64,000 nt of DNA. Origin: Octopus vulgaris. Lineage: Eukaryota. The stretch lies in NCBI GenBank assembly GCA_951406725.2, contig OX597815.1, positions 147,808,001 to 147,872,000 of the forward strand, given 5' to 3'. Of the stretch, positions 54,891-64,000 are shown one piece after another. The notes below the pieces were generated by a model. It had not been told where the DNA came from. It saw only the letters and a list, made by a program, of their open reading frames with translations, and did no database searches. Position 1 is the first letter of the stretch; every line of letters begins with the position of its first letter. The position numbers and the translations under genes are program-made.

Positions 54891-57142
54891 AAAGGTTTGA
54901 AAATGCAATTTAAAAAAGTTTAATTCACTTGACCGGTTTCACTTTTTAGAAAAAGTTTGCCAAAAGTAAAATGTACAGCTTTGTATAAGGTTTGTTATGT
55001 TAAGTAGTGATATATATGTATTAAAATACATATATACATTTTGTGATAACAATAATAATAAGTATATAATGTTAAAAACAGTTTACAAGGAAATATCTGA
55101 GAAAATATTGAACAAAAAGGATTAGGGCTTCAATAAAAATCATGTTTGTTTGGAAGTATCTATATACATACACAGAAAAAGTATTAGGAGTTCAATAAAA
55201 TCATGTTTGTTTGGTAGGATACATATACACAGAAGGAGATATGTTTAAGAGTTTACAAAAAAATTTGAGATGAACCTACCTGTTTTAGCAATTTTTATTT
55301 TGTGTGAAGATTAGGGTTAATTGCTATTTTAAGGGACAGTGTGGGAGGTTGGTTGGGGTAGGGGAAAGAAGAGCAATGTATAAATGAAAGAATTTTTTCT
55401 TTCTGGGATAGTCTGTCACGGTTCAGTGGTTTTTGGGACTGGTCTTAGAGGTCAGAATGGTGTGAGTGTGTGTGTGTGTGTACGTTTCTATGTGTGTGAT
55501 AATATACAGGTGTTTGTGTTTGTGGGCCGTTTTTGATTGGTCCCAGTTTATTGTGGTGTATGTAAATATGTCTGTGTGAGTTTTATATTTGTTAGGATGG
55601 TGTGTGTATATGTGTGCATCAAAGAATTTACTTTATGCCAAAAGGTGTGAAGGGTGCCACAAAGATTACATAAGGCAAACAAGCTTACCCTCAGAGAAAG
55701 TATGTTAGTTCACCGCCAACAATTGGGGGATCCCACCACAAGACAGATACCACTTAGTTGGCATTTAGATCTCTGTGCACACAACAAGTCCCCCAAATTC
55801 CTACTTTTCCCACTATACCAATACCAGGACAATACCACTGACGAAACACGAATAAATAGGGAAAATAATCTTATTCAAAAATACAGACCAAAACTCAACG
55901 TTTTCTAACATACCCCCAGGGACACAACCAAAACAAACACACACAGAAAGGCGTACATATATACAAAATCACACACTCACAAATGCAATGCAAACCTCCG
56001 ACGTAAACACACACACACATACATATACACACACGGACAAACACATTATCCCCACACTAGAGCACAAACCCACACACATTCCAAGAAAAAGCATATGCAT
56101 ATATACACTTGCAATATGATTCTAACAACAATACACACATATGTAAACACGTACATGCACACACCTACACATACAACCCCGACAATTACAAATCACATTC
56201 ACACAAACACACACATACACACACAAACACGCAACTACAACGCAACCCACACAAACACATACGCATATGTGCACACATGTACAGACACATTGACACACAC
56301 ATCCCCGACAAATACAAGACATATAAACGCACTCAAACAAGCACACCTACACGCATGCACATACACTGCACTACCAATAATAAAACAAAAAGAATCACTC
56401 ACAAATGCAGCATCCCCCGGAAACTACATAAACCATACCCACATATATACACACACACAAACGCATACTCAGTACCAACATACACAAAACGCACATACGC
56501 ACACATACACACCACCCAGATAAACCCAACATCAACGGACGCACACAGAACCCCTAATAAATACTACACACTTACACACACATGCACACCCAAACATACC
56601 TCCACACACACACACATACACATTCACCCACACACACATACGGTAGCTCATACACACACGCTCCACAAGGACAATTAAAACACAAACAGACTGAGACAGA
56701 CACAACACACACACACACACTCACGTACATACATACACTCTGACAAATACCAATCACACACATACCTACACACACAACACCAAGACAATCATAAAAATAC
56801 AAACATACTCAGACAGAGCGACACACACACACTTATGTACACATGCGCTCACGTATACATACATAACATCGCCACCAAGAGAAGCAAAACACACAGCATA
56901 CACACGTACCCAGAGACGCACACATACACACACCTGCGCACACACAACACCCTAACAAATATTAATCACATACATACACACACACAAACGTTCACACATA
57001 TACACACACCACAATAAAGTCTGGGATCAATCAAAAATGGCCTACACACACAAACACATGCGTATACACACACACATAGAGACGTACACAGAGACACACA
57101 AACTCACACCATTCTGACCTCTAAGTCCAGCCCCAAAACCAT
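54890..57142. mobile_element. Penelope-like element with inverted 3' segment
   Basis: Plus-strand GIY-YIG C-terminus ~55640-55908 (RQIPLSWHLDLCA...LFPLYQ...RENNLIQKYRPKLN*), CA-rich UTR; 55430-55575 is an inverted copy of ~56990-57142. Confidence 0.85.
54927..54967 (-). ncRNA. Minimal type I hammerhead ribozyme fold (U3:A8; A6 to G substitution)
   Basis: ACTT-TTGGCAA-ACTTTT(TCTA)AAAAGT-GAA-ACCGGT-C-AAGT; palindromic stem III, GUC triplet. Confidence 0.65.
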
Positions 57143-57149
57143 CATAACT

Positions 57150-57511
57150 GACTTTGTCCACCCTCTTGATTCATTGTTTAGGCTTTCGTTTCTTGAACGA
57201 AACATTTGGAATCATCTTTGAACAGTTGTAATGCCAACAGAATCATTGTAAAAAGCCCACTTGAAGTTTCGAAGAGCTTCTGTGGCAGAGTGAGCCATCT
57301 TGTATTCGTACAAGGAAATGATTCGGTATTGTTCAGTTGTCAACATTATCATAAGTCCTGTGGGTAGCAAGTTTGAATAATAATATTGTTTAGAATGGAA
57401 AACAATTTAGAGTATACACAAGCATAAACATAGAAACTCATTAAAAATCCATTTGTAGATGACACATAAAAAACCCATTTAAAATACATTATATGTGAGA
57501 CAACCTAATAT
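57150..57511 (-). mobile_element. mariner 5' remnant with TIR
   Basis: ta-ttaggttgtc TIR; MLTTEQYRIISLYEYKMAHSATEALRNF...TVQR*FQMFRSRNESL. Confidence 0.8.
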
Positions 57512-58672
57512 ACATTTTTTAAAACACGTTTTGCTATTATCTGATAAGACAGACATATACTTGGCCAAATGCATTAATAAATTACCATTAATATTTTTCT
57601 CACTGTTGTAAAAATCGTCTGAAATAGAACTGTCAAAGAGCGATATTCAAGGAATTTTGCTATTCAACTCTAAAAAAGGACGTAAAGCAGCTGCAACTGC
57701 TCGTGATATCAACAAAACGTTTGGTGAGGAAATGGCCAGTGAATGGTCAGCTTGAAAATGGTTTCAACGATTTTGCAGTGAAAACCTGAGCCTTGAAGTC
57801 TGGGAGTTTAGTGGACGGCCTTCTGTCATCGATGACTGTCAATTAAAGACCGTAATTAAGAAAGACCCACGTAAAACCACTCGAGAACTTACAAAAGCAC
57901 TTTAAGTTAGCCACAGAACAGCCTGCAACCATTTCCATGCGATCGGAAAATCAAAAAGGCTCGATAAATGTGTTACACGATTTAAATGAAAATGAAAACA
58001 TGCGCAGATATGAAATTTGCTAGTCGCTTCTTCTCCTGTAACTGGAGCGATCCATTTCTCGACTGTATTGTAATTTGTAACAAAAAGTGGATTTTGTACA
58101 ATAATAAAAATCGTGCATCGCAGTGTCTGGATCAAAATGAAACACCGAAAAATTCCCTAAATCCGTGCCCTTCCAAAAGAAGGTTATAGTGTACTGATGG
58201 ACTCCATTATAACTTCTTAAAACCTGGGAAAAAAAGAACTTTTACTGCAGAAACATATTGCTGTGAAATTGCCAAAATGAAGGAAAAGGGCCAATCATTC
58301 TTCATGAAAATGCTCGACCACACATTTCACTAATGACGCTCCAGAAGTCTAGTGCATTTGGCTAGGACTTTCATCCCCAACAGCTTATTCTCCAGTCCAT
58401 TATACTACTGACTACCGCTTTTTCAAGAACCTTGATGTTTTCCTGTGAGAGAAGTAATTCAAAATTAAAACCGATGCTGAAAGTGCGTTCAAAGTGTTTA
58501 CCTGCTCCAGGACTCCAGATTTTTATGTTACTGGAATAAAGAAACTTGTAATTCGTTGGCAAAATGTGTTGATTGTAATGGTAGTTAATTTGATGAATAA
58601 CATTTCCTCATTGTAATATCTTGTGATGAATTTCATGTTACAAAACGTTCTTTAATTTTTACTCAACGAGAT
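57512..58672 (+). mobile_element. Near full-length decayed mariner (Hsmar1/cecropia-like)
   Basis: KKGRKAAATARDINKTFG...WFQRF..SGRPS...DPRKTTREL...PFLDCIVICNKKWILYNN...HENARPH...TDYRFFKNLD...RWQKCVDCNG. Confidence 0.92.
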
Positions 58673-59554
58673 ATATATATAAACAAATATTTTGATTTCT
58701 ACCGTGTATTAATGTCTCCCTTTTAAGAAGCACTTGTTTCTTAAATCCATCATATTATTAGTATTTTCAATGTTATCTTTGGATATTCATTATATAATAT
58801 TTTTATTATTGGATTTCTAGTCAGTTATCTCTGATGAAAACCTAAGTATATTTGTTTGCAATGTAGACAAGATTCAAAACAAAGTAATTGTATATACATT
58901 GTTAGTCGTTAATATCATCCTCTGGTAATTTACTTTTTATATAATCTTATTGACATGTATTAAATCAATATGTATTGAAACGTAAAATATCGGCGTCATA
59001 TGAAATCAAGCCACGCAGTGTTTTAACGAGAATAAAAGATATTTTGCATGAAGCTTAAATAATTCTGTTAAAACATGTGGTGTCAATAACAATAACAGAC
59101 ACATAATTTCAGTCTCAGTTCTTTATTGTTAATGAACTGTTTAAATATCTAACCATCTAACTAATCAATCGTTTGTTTAATGTAATGGTTTAAACAATCA
59201 AAAGCTTTTTTCTTAGTCAAAGTTATTCGTCGCTGTTTTCTAGCAGTTAGCGTTTTCAGTGATAATTGTCTTCCCCTATCGTTGTAAGTTCTGCTCTTTA
59301 TTCTCTATTGTGCTTAATATAAGGACAAGGCCTAATATTTGGTGGATGTTCTTAATACCGTAAATGTATCTTAATACTTAACTTGTATTTATTTTCAACG
59401 GTCCTAGAAAATAAAAAAAATAAAACAAAATAAAGACTATTGGCATTAGATTCTAATACAAATAATTCAACACAGATAAACTTTTGAAAGGTATTTCTTT
59501 GTTGCCATCATCTATATAACTGATCATAAACAATTGATACAAATATTAATAAAT

Positions 59555-59960
59555 TGGAGTTAGCATGTCGACCAAAATGCTTAGCCTTATTTCGTCCATC
59601 TTTAAGTTCTGAGTTCAAATTCCATTGGGGCCAACTTTGCATTTCCTCCTTTCTGGATCGATAATATAAATACCAGTTGATGACCAGGCAATAGAAATGA
59701 TTTACTCGCAGCCCACAAATTGCCGATTACATTGGTTCTAATATTAACGAAATGTAAAGTGGTGAGCTAGTGGTATCGTTGCCTCACCGGGGAAAAAAAA
59801 TACTTAACGGTTTTTTTTTTCAAACTTTACTTTCTGAGTCGAAATGGTGCCAGGATCGACATAACCTTTTTTCGGGGCCGATAACAGTATCGAGGAGGGA
59901 TGTAATCAACTTACCCACTTATCCGAAATTGTTGGCTCTGTGTCAAAATTTGAAACAAAT
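59555..59960 (+). mobile_element. Two degenerate SINE family A copies
   Basis: ttctgagttcaaattcc and tcggggccgataa motifs. Confidence 0.7.
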
Positions 59961-60090
59961 ATTTTTTTTAATGTCTTTATACTGGACAGAGGGTTGGGTG
60001 ATTACATCGCTCCGAATATTCCAGAGGTAGTTTTGTAAGGACCATGAAGGACATATAGTAAACACAACATGAGGTGAATTTGTTTTCTGA

Positions 60091-60742
60091 AGATTAAGTG
60101 GTTGAAAAGAAGAAAATATGATGCACGAAGTTTCATTCAAATCTGTAACATATGGGTCGGTAAAATGTAAATTGAAAAACAACTTTAAAATTAAAGAAAT
60201 TTCAGTAGAAATACACACACACACATACACTCACACACACACACGCACACACACACTGAATTAAAAAGTATAAAACTAATAACTTAGCTAATAATTTTAA
60301 ATGCCACATCTATCATTTATTGACGAGAACTTCAGTGAGATTTCTTTCTTAAAGATTAAGTGGTTGAAAAGAAGAAAATATGATGCACGAAGTTTCATTC
60401 AAATCTGTAACATATGGGTCGGTAAAATGTAAATTGAAAAACAACTTTAAAATTAAAGAAATTTCAGAAGAAATACACACACACATACACTCACACACAC
60501 ACACGCACATACACACTGAATTAAAAAGTATAAAACTAATAACTTAGCTAATCATTTTAAATGCCACATCTATCATTTATTGACGAGAACTTCAGTGAGA
60601 TTTCTTTCTTAAAGATTAAGTGGTTGAAAAAGAATACGTGTTGCTAGGCGTTTCATTCGAAGCCGTAACAAACGTACATAAAATGTTAACTTTAAAAATA
60701 ACTACTTAAAGTAATTAAAGAAGAAACACACACACATACACA
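60091..60742. repeat. ~261-bp tandem duplication (two near-identical units plus a diverged partial third)
   Basis: agattaagtggttgaaaa starts at 60091, 60353 and 60613. Confidence 0.93.
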
Positions 60743-60839
60743 ATTGATATGTATAAAAGTAATAACTTTGCTAATCACGTTAACCGCTACATCTGGCACC
60801 TGTGGTCTATCGTAAACTTTACACAACCGACATATACAA

Positions 60840-61073
60840 TACCTATTTCTTTACTGCCCACAAGGGGCTATACACAGAGGGAACAAACAAGGACAGACAA
60901 ACGGATTAAGTCGATTATATCGACCCCAGTGCGTAATTGGTACTTATTTAATCGACCCCGAAAGGATGAAAGGCAAAGTTGACCTCGGAGGAATTTGAAC
61001 TCAGAACGTAGCGGCAGACGAAATACCACTAAGCATCTCGCCCGCCGTGCTAACGTTTCTGCCAGCTCACCGC
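60840..61073 (-). mobile_element. SINE family A, well preserved
   Basis: Reverse complement of 30111-30345. Confidence 0.92.
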
Positions 61074-61200
61074 TGGTATACATTACCGGCGGTACATTTA
61101 CATAATTTGAGAAAATATCTTTGTCTCTATCTTTTATATAGTTTCGAGGATATTTAAATATGAGTCCTAGATATCAAATTTTAATTAAGAAATATTGTAA

Positions 61201-61242
<42 letters not shown>

Positions 61243-61279
61243 TATCATTATTATTATTATTATAATAACCCTTACTACT

Positions 61280-61482
61280 ACAGGCACAATGCTTGGAATT
61301 TTGGTGGCAGGGTCTATTCTATTACATGACTCTCAGTGCTCGACTGGTATTCATTCTATTGGCCTCCGAAAGAATGGAAGGCAAAGTCGACCTCAGCGGA
61401 ATTTGAATTCAGGACGTAATGACGGAGGAAATGCCTCTAAGAATTTTGCCCGCTGTTTTAACGATTCTGCCAGCACGCCGTC
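61280..61482 (-). mobile_element. SINE family A, degenerate
   Basis: ggcaaagtcgacctcagcggaatttgaattcag...aacgattctgccagcacgcc. Confidence 0.8.
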
Positions 61483-64000
61483 TAATTATATTAATAATAA
61501 AAATTACATTTACTTCTAATCAAATTGTGTGCAGTGTGATAGGAAATACGTGGCGTCATCTATAAGTTCAAACAACGTGGTAGTTAACGTGTTTATTCAA
61601 AGAACAATCTGCACATAACGATCTACTATCAGCTTACAATGTGAGACTGTACAGCAGTGAATATGTGATTGTAATTTATATAAAAAAGTATCGGTATTAG
61701 ATGCAAGACGTCACAAAGAAATAGAAGGTACAAAAATGCCGTTATTATTTAGTGAGGAAAGTTGCAGTAATGCTTTCTAAATAAATCAGTGTGATTCACA
61801 TTAAGGATCATTGACATACTATTATAATATCCGAACCACGATTTTATTTAACGAGTATAGAATTTATTTAAATTAGCTACCTAATATTTTGGTTTTAAAT
61901 GGTTGCTTAATCATACAACCAATAAAATCATTAGCAAACATGCGTAGAAGAGTTCTATTTGTCATTTTCCCAGAAATTATTGCCTGCGTAGTAAACACGT
62001 GATACAAATGTCTACAAGGAGTCCAACTACCGACGTAAAGTATATTTACCAATACAAAATTAAATTTATGAAATTTAATTGTGTACATACGTAAATAGAG
62101 ATCTATATCACATCTCATCCTCCACAAATCAAGCAAAATCTAGCATCTAAGTAAATTTTAACAAACTCTTCTGCAGGCTAGTGGTTTTATCCTAAGCCGG
62201 CATTAATCCCAAAGAAAGTATTGATTATATCCAATTAAGTAGAAGTATCATGTAAGATATGACTAACATTTGTGTAGATCTCTTATTATAAAAGTATATA
62301 ATAGAAAATATATATACGTACCGTCAAGAAACAGGATTACAAATTTGTTGAAATCAATATTTCAAAGCACACTATACAATGAAGAAAGAACGTTAAAAAA
62401 ACAGAACGAAAACCTGGAACACGGGAGTTACTAAATAAAGATTATGTTGATAAATATTGACATAGCCTTTCCCTGGTCAGCCATTCTACACAGATCATTA
62501 TGTTTTCCTCCATAAATAACTATTCACGTACCCAAACAAAATGTCTGTATACGTAAGTATGTTTTGGCGTGCACCTATGTATAGTGTAGTATATCTGAGT
62601 GTAGTGTTCTGTGTTAATGTGTGTATATGTGTGCGCATAAATGTGTGTTGTGAAATGCTATATTATTTGCCATGCAACAGTACGCACAGAAAAAAACACC
62701 GTTGTGTAGATAACAATTGTAACATGTCCATTAGGCGTCCACAAATTATCTTCAGTGAGAATCAACAATTAATGTATTCGTCATGCAGTATGTACACTAC
62801 AGACCTTAGCTGGCGTGATAAGTATATATATTAATTTGTTGTATAATTATATTAATAGTTTAATATAACTTACATAAATATTGCCATATATATGAAGCCG
62901 AGAGAAAGAAAATCAGAAGGAAAATCGCAAACGTTGAACACATAAATATTATTAAGAAATGAAGGAATATAAAGATATATTGCAGACTAATGCTAACTGT
63001 ACATTTTTCAAGTATATGATGTTAAATGAAAAAAGATAATGGTGCTGAAGTTAATGACAGCAGAGATTAATGAGATTCAATTTACAATTATATAATAATA
63101 GATTGTAATAGGAATGTTTATAAGTACTATTTGATGGAGCATACACACATAAATATATAAACATATAATACAAACATACACAGAAACATATACACAAGCC
63201 CACACACATGAAAACGCATATACTCACACACTGGTACATTTATATCTATCTGCCAATATGTATGTATGTATATTAATGTATAATTTTATGAGAGCGTTTA
63301 TGTCGAGGAAATTTCGTGTCTACTGTAAAATTTTGTTTCAAATTAAATCTTAAGAAAATATTAAACTAATAACATTACTTTAATTTTTGAAACACTAAAT
63401 TATAAATAACCTTAAGTTTTAATGGGCAATAAATTTTGATTTTATAACTTCCCCATTACACAACACTCTTTGCAATATACATTTAAATTATCTACTTTTT
63501 TTCTCATTCAACAACATTAATTTTGATGTAAAATGGAGGTAGATATATTACTTACTTCATTTTATTGATAAAGCTTCATTTTTATATTTTGATTTATTAA
63601 ATTAAAATTAGTTCTTTATTGATTACTTAATGTTGCCGTTCATGAAACAATTGAAAAATATACTCTGGACTAATAAAGATTTGAAGCATCTTTTAGATGT
63701 TTACAAATGTAGGTTTTGTGTGAATTTAAAGATAAAATAGTTTTCTTATGCATACCATGCCATGTAACTCGTTCACATACAATGTAATATTTGATTATAA
63801 TTTGTTTATAATTGCATAATGAGTGTGATATATAACAGGGCTGAAGAATACTGCCGAACTTGTAATTTAGCAAAAATGAGTGCAGAACTACCATGGGCTA
63901 TTGCCCGCCTTCCTTATTTCTTATTAATTATATTATCAGTTATCATTTATTTGTTTCAGTCACTTCTAAAACTGGTAAACATTCTAGGGGTTTCTTTATG

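Noticed and set aside
55920-57090. Long His/Thr-rich ORFs (142 and 189 aa)
   Set aside because: Degenerate CA-rich 3' UTR of a Penelope element.
57600-58600. Active or domesticated (SETMAR-like) transposase
   Set aside because: Multiple stops and frameshifts and degenerate catalytic motifs.
58828-58885. Additional hammerheads at isolated CTGATGA words (also 13577 and 28074)
   Set aside because: No supporting stem II plus GAAA plus stem I pairing.

Overview
AT-rich eukaryotic genomic DNA dense in microsatellites ((TA)n, (CA)n, (TAA)n, (CTT)n). The SINE, LINE and Penelope repertoire looks like an octopod cephalopod genome (inference from repeat recognition, not a database hit). Most of the window is decayed mobile DNA: three tRNA-headed SINE families, Penelope-like elements (PLEs) with GIY-YIG fragments in (TA)n tracts, RLE-type LINEs (R4/Dong-like next to (TAA)n, Hero-like), RTE, Tx1/L1 and CR1 fragments, mariner remnants, MITEs and a non-autonomous Helitron. 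Nearly all entries in the ORF track are microsatellite artefacts. Three things stand out: (1) a candidate spliced host gene on the minus strand (phase-compatible exons at 38575-38406 and 38323-38260, and a probable last exon at 29451-29146) encoding a protein I do not recognise; (2) four PLE-linked minimal hammerhead-ribozyme folds that all carry the non-canonical U3:A8 core pair; (3) an ORF1-only, HAL1-like retroposon inserted in a SINE head, whose 5' promoter-like motif and splice donor are conserved in a second diverged copy 35 kb away. Repeat boundaries were read by eye and are approximate.
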